A stretch of 64,000 bases of DNA from Candidatus Latescibacterota bacterium (lineage in GTDB: Bacteria > Latescibacterota > UBA2968 > UBA8231): contig CBDETY010000003.1 of the NCBI GenBank assembly GCA_965243025.1, positions 5,056,001 through 5,120,000 on the forward strand. The letters run 5' to 3'. The stretch's first letter is position 1. Each line of letters opens with the position of its first letter. The notes under the pieces are model-generated. The model searched no databases. It was not told where the DNA came from and saw nothing but the letters and a program-made list of their open reading frames with translations. The position numbers and the translations under genes are program-made. Below are positions 48,651 through 57,133 of the stretch, one piece after another.

Positions 48651-50654
48651 TTGCCTGAAGTCACCGTCGGCTCGCAGGAGGCTGTTTCCAGGCGGCCGGG
48701 GATTTTCGGGAAGTTGCTGCCGCGGGTGGTGGAATCCCCCCTCCACGGCATGCTCCTGGTTCTGGCGCTGGCAGCGGCGGTGCGCGTCGTCCACCTGCAC
48801 CAGGCGAGCTCGGACCCGCTGTTCGATTACCCGGTCGGGGCGGCCCGTTCGTACGCCGCCGCCGCAGGAACGGCCCCCCATGTCGGCGAATCTGCCACCG
48901 CTCGGGCGCCGGCGGGGCCCTTGATCGAAGTTTCTCCCTACGCCCGTTTCTACGCCTTCTCCCTCGCTGCAACCGGCGGCGACCATACCCCGGTTCTGAT
49001 TGCCAACCACGCCGCCGGCGTCGCCGCCTGCCTGCTGGTCTACGGCATCGCCTCGGCCCTGTTCACCCCGCCGGTCGCCCTGGCCGCCGGCCTCGGCGCC
49101 GCTTTCCACGGGCCGCTCATCCATTTCGGGGCCGAGCTGACGCCCGTCGCCTGGGTCGCTTTCCTGGTCCTGTTGCTCGCGTACGCGATGGTCCGGCCGG
49201 ACCGGACCGGGGTGCGCATGGCAGCCGCAGCGGCGCTTGCCTTCATCGTGCTGACAGAAGCCGTTGCCTGGCAGGCACCGCAGATTCCCGACTCTCCGGG
49301 GCGGTTCCTCACCAACATCTTCTACCTGCTGCAAGGGGTGGAACTGCTGCCGGACCTCGATCCCTACCGGGACGGGACCGGTGCCGCGTCGGTGCTTCTC
49401 TGGCACCGGGGACTGGCTTTCCCGATGGGGGTGGTCATGCCCCTCGGCGCGATCGGTCTTCTCGGCTGTGTGCGCTCGCAACACCGCGCCGGGGAGATGT
49501 CCGGCATTGTTGTGCTCCTGGGACTGCACCTGCTGGCGCTGGCCGCGCTCGCCCCCGATGGGCGGCATCGACTGCCCCTGGCCCTGCTCCTGCTTCCGTT
49601 TGCCGCCTGGGCACTGCTGCGGGGGTTCCCCGCCCCCGGCCGTCGCTGGCGGGCGCTCCTGTTCCTGGTCCTCCTTCTGGCGGCCAACGCCGGTCTGGCG
49701 GCTCCTTCCCACTTGGGCGGGAAGCGGCAGCACGACTACTGGACCGGAGTGGCCTATGCGGAAAAACGGATGTATTCCCATGCCAGGGAGGCTTTCGACC
49801 GGATCCTCGCGAGGGAGCCGAGCCATGGGGGCGCCCTTCTTGCCAGCGCCCGCCTCGCCAGGCGTGACGGACAGATCGACCGCGCCTTGCTGCTGTACGA
49901 CGCCTTTCTCAAGGAAAATCCCGGCCCTTCCGAGATCCTTTACGAGATGGGAAAAACCTTTGCCGCCGCGGACCGGTTCGACGAGGCCGTCGGCGTTTTC
50001 GAAAGAGCCCGAGCCGCTGGTGATTCATCCATTTTCCTCCTCGGCGCCCTGGGCCACGCCCGTTACATGGGGGGCGATACCGACGGAGCCGCCGCCGCCT
50101 ACCTCGCCGCCGTTCAGGCCAAGCCCGATTCGATTGCTCTCAGGTACCGCCTGGCCCATGCGTACGAAGCAGGGCAGCGGATCGATCGAGCGATCGAGCA
50201 GTATCGTCTGCTTCTGGAAGGGAGCCCCGCAAGGGCCGAGTTCCACGCTCGGCTGGGGGAGTTGCTCCTGTTCAGGGAGGAGTCGCGCGAAGGGTCGATC
50301 TACCTGGAGCGGAATGAAACCACCAGCGAGGCGGAGGAGCACCTTCGCGCCGCGGTTTCCCTGCAGCCAGAACTGGAACCCGCCCACCGTTCCCTGGCGA
50401 TGCTGCTGTCGAAGCAGAGACGCTACGATGAGGCGATCGCCCAGTTCGAGCGTTTGCGCGAGTTGAACCCGAACGAACCGGAGCTGCAGCGGCTTATCGC
50501 CAACCTGCATGAGCGGGCAGGAAATCCCGGCGAGGCCTCCCGGCAGTTCGACCTCTTCAGACGGATGCACAGAGAGATGGAGATCCAGAGGAGGGCCGAG
50601 GAAAAAGCGCGGGAGCTCGCCGGTGAGATATGGGCAAAGCCAACCTCGCCATAA
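48651..50654 (+). CDS. Membrane protein with GT-C (PMT/ArnT)-like N-terminal domain and C-terminal TPR array
   Basis: Several TM helices followed by about 7-8 TPR-like repeats; start uncertain (TTG 48651 or a later ATG). Confidence 0.72.
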   Translation: MPEVTVGSQEAVSRRPGIFGKLLPRVVESPLHGMLLVLALAAAVRVVHLHQASSDPLFDYPVGAARSYAAAAGTAPHVGESATARAPAGPLIEVSPYARFYAFSLAATGGDHTPVLIANHAAGVAACLLVYGIASALFTPPVALAAGLGAAFHGPLIHFGAELTPVAWVAFLVLLLAYAMVRPDRTGVRMAAAAALAFIVLTEAVAWQAPQIPDSPGRFLTNIFYLLQGVELLPDLDPYRDGTGAASVLLWHRGLAFPMGVVMPLGAIGLLGCVRSQHRAGEMSGIVVLLGLHLLALAALAPDGRHRLPLALLLLPFAAWALLRGFPAPGRRWRALLFLVLLLAANAGLAAPSHLGGKRQHDYWTGVAYAEKRMYSHAREAFDRILAREPSHGGALLASARLARRDGQIDRALLLYDAFLKENPGPSEILYEMGKTFAAADRFDEAVGVFERARAAGDSSIFLLGALGHARYMGGDTDGAAAAYLAAVQAKPDSIALRYRLAHAYEAGQRIDRAIEQYRLLLEGSPARAEFHARLGELLLFREESREGSIYLERNETTSEAEEHLRAAVSLQPELEPAHRSLAMLLSKQRRYDEAIAQFERLRELNPNEPELQRLIANLHERAGNPGEASRQFDLFRRMHREMEIQRRAEEKARELAGEIWAKPTSP

Positions 50655-50829
50655 GCACCGAACTGTCTGAATCCCACCGACTTGGACGAATTGGGCGGCA
50701 GCGGGTCAGGGGGAAATTCCCTTGACTTCCCAGTGCTGTTGCCACTCTTTATTAACCTTCGGTCGCGGGGATTCGCGGACGCGACATTCTTTCGCTGGTA
50801 CTCTCACCGTATCCAAGGAGGATCGCAGA

Positions 50830-51711
50830 GTGCAAAAATTCACTATCGCAGCCATAGCGGGCCTGGTTGTCGTTGGACTGGTCGGCATGGCAGGAGCGCA
50901 CAAACCGGAAGGGGAGAAGTATTTCGCCTTTCAGTTCGAAGACGGAGCGGTGCCGGTGATCGACGGGGATCTGTCCGACTGGGCTTTCGTCCCCGACTTC
51001 TACCGGATCACTCAGGACAAGCTGTTTTCGCCGAACAAGGGGATTCGCGACGTCGGCCGCGGCGAATTCGATCCGAGCGATGTCTTCAACACGCACACCT
51101 TCGGCTTCAACCCCAACGACGAGTTCCTCTACGTCTCGACCTCGCAGTACGACAACTACCACAACGCCGACCGCGAAGCGCCGAACTCGCTGTGGACGGA
51201 CGATGACTGGGAGGTCCGCATCAACCCCACCGCCCTTCCCGAAGACCAGCACAACCTCGAAGGTGAGCCGGTCAATTACATCATCTATGTTCACGCGGTT
51301 CCCGCGGTTCAGGATGTGTACGAGGTCATTCTTCCGGGACCGGATTTCCTGCTGGACGGCAACGGCCACCTGGAGTTCGGCTGGAGCTGGGAGGGCGAGA
51401 TGCTGGACGGGGAAACGACCTATTTCCTCGAGATGAAGCTCAACCCCGTGGTCGCTCTCGGAGAAACCGAGGGAGAAACCGTATGGATGGATATCGAGGA
51501 GGGTGACGAAATCCACATGAACGTCACTCATGCCGACCTCGATGCTCCTCACCCGGCGACTTACAACGGTTTCTGGGCGATTTCCCCCGGTCCTTCGAAC
51601 AATCCGGAGGTCGATCTGGTCATGGACGAGATCGACGACAGTGTCGACCAGATGGCAACCGCCGTCGAAGAAACGAGCTGGGGCCTGATCAAGGAGGGGC
51701 TTTCCAAGTAG
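50830..51711 (+). CDS. Secreted acidic hypothetical protein (CBM9-like fold) with C-terminal TAVEETSWGLIK tail
   Basis: AAGGAGG RBS, GTG start; signal peptide (AGA-H); PVIDGDLSDW motif typical of CBM9/DOMON-like domains. Confidence 0.78.
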   Translation: MQKFTIAAIAGLVVVGLVGMAGAHKPEGEKYFAFQFEDGAVPVIDGDLSDWAFVPDFYRITQDKLFSPNKGIRDVGRGEFDPSDVFNTHTFGFNPNDEFLYVSTSQYDNYHNADREAPNSLWTDDDWEVRINPTALPEDQHNLEGEPVNYIIYVHAVPAVQDVYEVILPGPDFLLDGNGHLEFGWSWEGEMLDGETTYFLEMKLNPVVALGETEGETVWMDIEEGDEIHMNVTHADLDAPHPATYNGFWAISPGPSNNPEVDLVMDEIDDSVDQMATAVEETSWGLIKEGLSK

Positions 51712-51770
51712 CAGCAGAGACCCATCTCCCGCACGGCGCGGGAACGTCTCCTGAGGCAGAAAGGGTTTCG

Positions 51771-51813
51771 AGCCCCCGGGTGTCGCACCTGACCCCGGGG
51801 GCTTTCTGTTTTT
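51771..51813 (+). terminator. Intrinsic terminator between convergent genes
   Basis: 10-bp stem AGCCCCCGGG/CCCGGGGGCT followed by TTCTGTTTTT. Confidence 0.8.
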
Positions 51814-51869
51814 GTGGGGCGACGGGCAGGCGGGAGCTGTCGGCCGGGACTTCGGGCGCGCCCCCGCTT

Positions 51870-53993
51870 TCAGTACGTCAGGGAAACCACCCGGGACAAC
51901 CGGCCCTCTTCGGCATCCCCCGACACTTCGATCCTCACCAGGTACAGCCCCGGCGGCAGCAGGGAACCGGACAGGCCGCGTCCATCCCAGGAAATGTCAC
52001 TGTAGTTCCCGCTGACCTGCTCGGCGTCGCCGATGACGGCGACGGTGCGTCCGCTGAGATCGTGGACCTTTATCGAAACCGGCGTCGGAGCGGTTACGGC
52101 CAGCAGATTGTAGAGGACTTCCAGGCGGTCGTTGACGCCGTCCCCGTTGGGAGAAAACGGGTTCGGCTGCATCACGACTTCGTCGAGGAGGCGGGAGCTC
52201 GTGAGGACCTCGGGGCTCACCACCGCGGTGCCGGATTCGTCGTCGTCGTCCCCTTCCCCGAGAAACGCGGTGTTTCCGGGGGTGAGGGCCTGGAAGGCAT
52301 CCTCCCCTGTGGAAAGTCGAACCGCGCCCCCGAAATTGGTGCTGTAGGTCAGAACCTGGGATTTGAAACGCACCACCACCCGGGTGTGGTTGTCGCGGAC
52401 GTGGGGGAACCGCAGGGAAAAGCCGTCGTCGGCGACCTCGAGGATCTGGTACCCGTCGACGCTCGAAGTATCGTCCAGGCCGGTGAATTGCCGGCCGCCC
52501 AGGAGCTCGTCGTCGGCGCTGCGCAGTTCGATGGCGTCGATGCTCTCCGCGCGGGCGGGCGTGGATATCTCGATGGTGTCGAATCCGGTCAGGCCCGAGG
52601 ACTTGATTACCGCCAGGACGGAATAGATGAAGTCGATGGTCCGTGAGACATCCACCTCGCGGGGGAATATCTCGGCGTTTACGGAGTCGGCCAGGGGCGG
52701 AGAGGCGAAATCGATGCTCAGGGTTTTCAGGATCCGCGTGGCGCTGAGATCGGTGCTGTGAAAGGTGGCCTCGAACTGGAAATACCGCCGCGGGCTGGGG
52801 GAGATCGCCGGAGTTCCCGGGCCATTGGCCGCCGATTCCGGGTAGGGAGAGCTGAACGGGCTCCAGTTGACGAGGTCGTCGAGGATGTTTCCCCGCTCCC
52901 ACTGCCGGCCCTCGTCGTCGGTAGGCGGCAGGTTCTCGTACCCTTCGAGATCCATCTCCACGGTGGTGCTGTTGATGGCGAACGGGATTTCCTCCGCATC
53001 CGATATGCCGTTGAGCTTGCGGGTAAAGACGAACGGGGAGTCGTCGGTGCCTGTGCGGGTGCGAATTTCCAGGGAGGAGTCCCCGGGTTTGCCGACGATC
53101 TCCTCCGTCCAGCGCAGATCGGTCCAGGCGACCGGTTCCCCGGCGTCGAAAATGTCGGACAGGTAATGTCCGGTGGCGAAGAACCCCTCGCCGTAGATCT
53201 CGAGTTCATCGATCTCCCAGTTGATCGACGTCTTCGACTGCAGGCGGATGTGCCGCAGGACCTGCGGGGGATCGATGTCGATTTCGACCACCGGGCCGGG
53301 ATTGTCGCGTTCGGAGACCAGTTCCCTCCACACCGGGTTTCCCTCGTCGGTCAGTTGCAGCCCGTCGTTGACCAGCAGGTCGAACGCCCGCAGGTAGTCG
53401 TCCTCGAAGGGGGTCGTAGGCGAGGGCTGTACCGTGTTGCGGGGATAGAACCGTATCTTGTTCAAACCGATGCGGCTTCCGAGGTCGAGGACGATGATGA
53501 TCCCGAAGACCCCGTTGGGGATGTTCTTGCGCTCGAAAGCCTCGAGCTCGCCCCCCTCGTCGGCCTGGTCGAGCAACTCTGGAAGGATGAAGTTCTGCAG
53601 CTTGTTGCGGTCCAACCCGCCGGCGAAGCCGAAGCCCTCGGTTTCGCTGAACACGTTGGGGGCGTTGATATAGCCGCCCCGGGAGAGAGCGGTGGAGGCG
53701 ACGTTCTCCCCGGGGACCACCTCCAGCAGGTGCATGCTTCCGGGGACGCGCTCGCTGTCGACCTCGAGCAGGTTTCCGGGGATGTTGCCCTGCACCAGGT
53801 CGTTGGGATCGTCCCGGGACCGTGTGAGCGCGGGCAGGATGGCCTCCACCGGCGCGGTACCCTGCCCGCGCCAGGTGAGATTTCCCTCCTCGCCGATCAC
53901 AATCGTTCGCACCTCCGCGGCAAGGGGAGAAGTGGCCACGAGTAGACCGATCAACGGTGCCGTCAGCCGGCAGCAGTCGCGTGCCCGTATCAT
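51870..53993 (-). CDS. Large secreted hypothetical protein, discoidin-like region + FlgD/CHU_C-type tail (paralog C)
   Basis: Signal peptide; LDLG..KIRFYPR, WEIDELEIYG, EIRTRTG, WSPFSSPY, RYFQ, PNPFSPNGDGVND; ends LTY*. Confidence 0.8.
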   Translation of the reverse strand: MIRARDCCRLTAPLIGLLVATSPLAAEVRTIVIGEEGNLTWRGQGTAPVEAILPALTRSRDDPNDLVQGNIPGNLLEVDSERVPGSMHLLEVVPGENVASTALSRGGYINAPNVFSETEGFGFAGGLDRNKLQNFILPELLDQADEGGELEAFERKNIPNGVFGIIIVLDLGSRIGLNKIRFYPRNTVQPSPTTPFEDDYLRAFDLLVNDGLQLTDEGNPVWRELVSERDNPGPVVEIDIDPPQVLRHIRLQSKTSINWEIDELEIYGEGFFATGHYLSDIFDAGEPVAWTDLRWTEEIVGKPGDSSLEIRTRTGTDDSPFVFTRKLNGISDAEEIPFAINSTTVEMDLEGYENLPPTDDEGRQWERGNILDDLVNWSPFSSPYPESAANGPGTPAISPSPRRYFQFEATFHSTDLSATRILKTLSIDFASPPLADSVNAEIFPREVDVSRTIDFIYSVLAVIKSSGLTGFDTIEISTPARAESIDAIELRSADDELLGGRQFTGLDDTSSVDGYQILEVADDGFSLRFPHVRDNHTRVVVRFKSQVLTYSTNFGGAVRLSTGEDAFQALTPGNTAFLGEGDDDDESGTAVVSPEVLTSSRLLDEVVMQPNPFSPNGDGVNDRLEVLYNLLAVTAPTPVSIKVHDLSGRTVAVIGDAEQVSGNYSDISWDGRGLSGSLLPPGLYLVRIEVSGDAEEGRLSRVVSLTY

Positions 53994-54030
53994 CGTGCGA
54001 CTCCGCGATAGAGGTGTGAATTCGCCCGCG

Positions 54031-54060
54031 ATGTTACACCCGTCCCCGAGCGATTGTCAA
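54031..54060 (-). promoter_or_regulatory. Sigma70-type promoter of paralog C
   Basis: Minus strand TTGACA (54060-55), 18-bp spacer, TAACAT (54036-31). Confidence 0.6.
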
Positions 54061-54071
54061 GGATCATTCCC

Positions 54072-57026
54072 ATGCTGCCGCTGATCCCGGGAGGCGGGAT
54101 TCTCGCGGCGGGACTTGCCTTTGCAGCCGGCTGCAGCACTCCTCGCGCCACCGACGGCGACGGGGAATCGGCCGGCCCCGCCGCCGGGTCCGTCGCTCCG
54201 GGCGGCGGCGTGCGTTTCATCGACGTCACCGCCCGCTCCGGCATCGATTTCACGCACGTATCCGGGGACGAGCACCAGCGCTTCATCATCGAGACCATGG
54301 GAGGGGGAGCCGCCTTCCTCGACTACGACGCCGACGGCTACCTCGATCTGTACCTCGTCAACGGGGTGCGAGGCGGGGAAGCGCCCCCTGAGAGCAGCAG
54401 CCGGCTGTACCGAAACGAACCGGGGTTTCCGGACGGCCGCCGTTTCGCCGACGTCACCGCTGATGCCGGGGCGGGTGGACGGGGTTGGGGCATGGGCTGC
54501 GCCGTCGCCGATTACGACAACGACGGGGACGTCGATCTGTACGCGACCTACTGGGGCGCCAACCGGCTCTATCGAAACCGCGGCGACGGGGGCTTCGAGG
54601 AGGAGGCCGCCGCTGCCGGGGTCGCGGACGAGTCCTGGGGCACCAGCGCCGCATTCGGCGACCTGGATGCCGACGGTTTCCTCGACCTGTACGTGGCCAA
54701 CTACCTCGAGTTCGATCTGGAAGACCCGCCCAACGAGGGCAGGCCCTGCACCGGGTACAAGGGGCTCGAGGGATTCTGCGGGCCCATGGGGATACCGGGG
54801 CAGCCCGACCTTCTCTACCGGAACCTCGGGGAGGGCCGTTTCGAGGATATCACTGCTGCCGCGGGAATCGACCGGCATCGGTTGCCGGCACTCGGGGTCG
54901 TCTTCGCCGACTACGACGACGACGGCGACCAGGACGTGTACGTCGCCAACGACTCGGAGCCCAACCTGCTGTGGCGGAACGACGGCGGTTGGGTTCTCCG
55001 CGAAGCAGCGGCCCTGGCGGGAGCGGCGTACAGCGAGGAGGGCCGGTCCCAGGCGGGCATGGGGGTGGACTTCGGCGACTGGGACAACGACGGCGACCTC
55101 GACCTGTTCGTCACCAATTTCTCCGACGACGTAAACACCCTCTACCGGAACCTCGGGGACGGAACGTTCGACGACGCCACGGCTGCCGCCGGGTTGACGG
55201 GGTCGGTACGACCGCTCCTCGGGTGGAGCACAGCCTTGTTCGACGCCGACAACGACGGCTGGCAGGACCTTTTCGTCGCCAACGGCCACCTGTATCCCCA
55301 GCTGGAGATTCACCCGACCGGTCTGCGCTACCCCCAGCGGAACCTCTTCTACTGGAACCAGGGCGGGTATTTCCGGGAGGCGGGAACGGAATCCGGAGCG
55401 GCCATTGCCGAAACCAGGGTGAGCCGCGGGGCAGCTTTCGGCGACTACGACAACGACGGCGACGTCGACCTGCTGGTGGTAAACCTGAACGAAAGACCGA
55501 CCCTGCTGCGCAACGAGGGGGGAAACGCCAACTCCTGGCTCGGCATCGATCTGGAGGGGTCCGCCGGCAACCGGGACGGAATCGGCGCCCGGGTGAGCGT
55601 GACGGCAGGCGGCCGCACCCAGGTGCAGGAGGTGCGGCGCGGCTACGGCTACCAGTCGCAGAACGACCCCAGGCTGCTTTTCGGGCTGGGGTCCGCGCAG
55701 CAGGTGGAAACAGTGCATATCCGCTGGCCGTCCGGGCGCAGCCAGACTCTGAAGACTGCGGCCGCTCGCCAGTACGTCAAGCTGCGCGAAGGCAGCGATG
55801 AGCCGGTTGCGACCTACGGAGGGGCAGAGGCGGCGGGTGTTCCGCAGCATCTCGCAGAGGGCGGGCGCGCGGCTTCTGGCCGGTCTGCGGAACCCCGGGA
55901 CGCTGGCGGACCGGGCCGGGTGCCCGAAACCGGCGCCGGTGCCGGGAGGGAAGCGGAGGTGGCTGTCTACGGCGCCGAGCCGGACCCGGAGCCATCGGCC
56001 GGGGCCACCGCGGAGGAAAATTTCCTGCGCGGAGTCGAGATGCACGATGCCGCCCGCTACCGGGAAGCGGTGCCGCTGCTGCGGGAGGCGGTGCGCCAGC
56101 GCCCCGATCGCATCGAACCCTATTATTCGCTTGCGGTGACCCTGTACTCCGGGCTCGGGCAGAGCCGGGAGGCGCTCGAGGTGCTGGAGCAGGCCGTCGC
56201 CCGGGGCGCCGGCGAGGCCGAGGTCTTTCACCTCCTGGGTGCGGTCAGGTTGAGTCTCAACGATGCCGAGCGCGCCATCGGCGACCTCAACCGGGCGCTG
56301 CAGCTCGCCCCCGGGGAATGGAAGATCTGGAACCGTCTCGGGGTGGCTCACCTGCGCCTGCAGGACATCTCCGCGGCCACGGAAGCTTTCGAGCAGGCGG
56401 TCGCCGCGGCGCCTTATGCATCTTATCCCTACGCCCACCTCGCCAGACTGTACGATCGCCTGGGGCGTCCCGGACATGCGCGCGCGGCCAGGCGGCAGTT
56501 CGGGCGCTGGCGCCCGCTCCAGGATCGCCTGGACCGCTACCGCGAGGGGTTGCGAACCTTGCCCGACGACCCTGAGTTGCACTTTCTCGTCGGGCGCACC
56601 TACCTGATGCAGCAGCGGGGGCGCGAGGCCCAGGCCGCTTTTGAACGCGCACTCGAGCTCGACCCCGGATACGCCCTGGCTCACCACGGGCTCGGCGGCG
56701 CCCATCACCAGCAGGGACGGCTGGCTCGGGCGATCGCGGAGTACGAGCGCGCCTGCACCCTCGATACCGCCTTGTTTACCGCCCTCAACGATCTCGGGCG
56801 GGCCTATTACCAGACGGGAGACCAGCAGCGCGCGGTCGAGGTGCTCGAGCGGGCGCTGCGCCTGCGTCCGGACCTTGCCCGGGCCCACCTGAACCTCGGG
56901 CAGTCGTATGCCGCAATGGGGCGCAAGGCGGATGCCGTCGACGCGCTGGAGACCGCGGCGGCCCTCGACTCGAGTCTGCGGCAAACCGGGATCGCCCTGC
57001 GCCGGCTTCGGGAAATGGAGGAGTAG
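54072..57026 (+). CDS. CRTAC1-family (FG-GAP repeats + ASPIC/UnbV) lipoprotein fused to C-terminal TPR array
   Basis: Lipobox AAG-C; repeated DYDNDGDxDLY; NRDGIGARV...LFGLG...IRWPSG; Ala/Gly/Pro linker; TPR repeats. Confidence 0.88.
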   Translation: MLPLIPGGGILAAGLAFAAGCSTPRATDGDGESAGPAAGSVAPGGGVRFIDVTARSGIDFTHVSGDEHQRFIIETMGGGAAFLDYDADGYLDLYLVNGVRGGEAPPESSSRLYRNEPGFPDGRRFADVTADAGAGGRGWGMGCAVADYDNDGDVDLYATYWGANRLYRNRGDGGFEEEAAAAGVADESWGTSAAFGDLDADGFLDLYVANYLEFDLEDPPNEGRPCTGYKGLEGFCGPMGIPGQPDLLYRNLGEGRFEDITAAAGIDRHRLPALGVVFADYDDDGDQDVYVANDSEPNLLWRNDGGWVLREAAALAGAAYSEEGRSQAGMGVDFGDWDNDGDLDLFVTNFSDDVNTLYRNLGDGTFDDATAAAGLTGSVRPLLGWSTALFDADNDGWQDLFVANGHLYPQLEIHPTGLRYPQRNLFYWNQGGYFREAGTESGAAIAETRVSRGAAFGDYDNDGDVDLLVVNLNERPTLLRNEGGNANSWLGIDLEGSAGNRDGIGARVSVTAGGRTQVQEVRRGYGYQSQNDPRLLFGLGSAQQVETVHIRWPSGRSQTLKTAAARQYVKLREGSDEPVATYGGAEAAGVPQHLAEGGRAASGRSAEPRDAGGPGRVPETGAGAGREAEVAVYGAEPDPEPSAGATAEENFLRGVEMHDAARYREAVPLLREAVRQRPDRIEPYYSLAVTLYSGLGQSREALEVLEQAVARGAGEAEVFHLLGAVRLSLNDAERAIGDLNRALQLAPGEWKIWNRLGVAHLRLQDISAATEAFEQAVAAAPYASYPYAHLARLYDRLGRPGHARAARRQFGRWRPLQDRLDRYREGLRTLPDDPELHFLVGRTYLMQQRGREAQAAFERALELDPGYALAHHGLGGAHHQQGRLARAIAEYERACTLDTALFTALNDLGRAYYQTGDQQRAVEVLERALRLRPDLARAHLNLGQSYAAMGRKADAVDALETAAALDSSLRQTGIALRRLREMEE

Positions 57027-57133
57027 TCCGATTCGCCGCACATATAGAGCACGCATCCCGCAAGCGTTATGCGAGCCGGTGTTTTGCGGCGGGCGCGGCG
57101 CGGGAAGCCCTTCACCGATCTGAAAGGAGACCG

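Noticed and set aside
54057-57056. Very long antisense and alternate-frame ORFs (e.g. 999 aa here; also 32757-35435, 38456-40705, 41448-43721, 7086-8924)
   Set aside because: They overlap well-supported genes and have no motifs; they are shadow ORFs expected from GC-rich codon bias.
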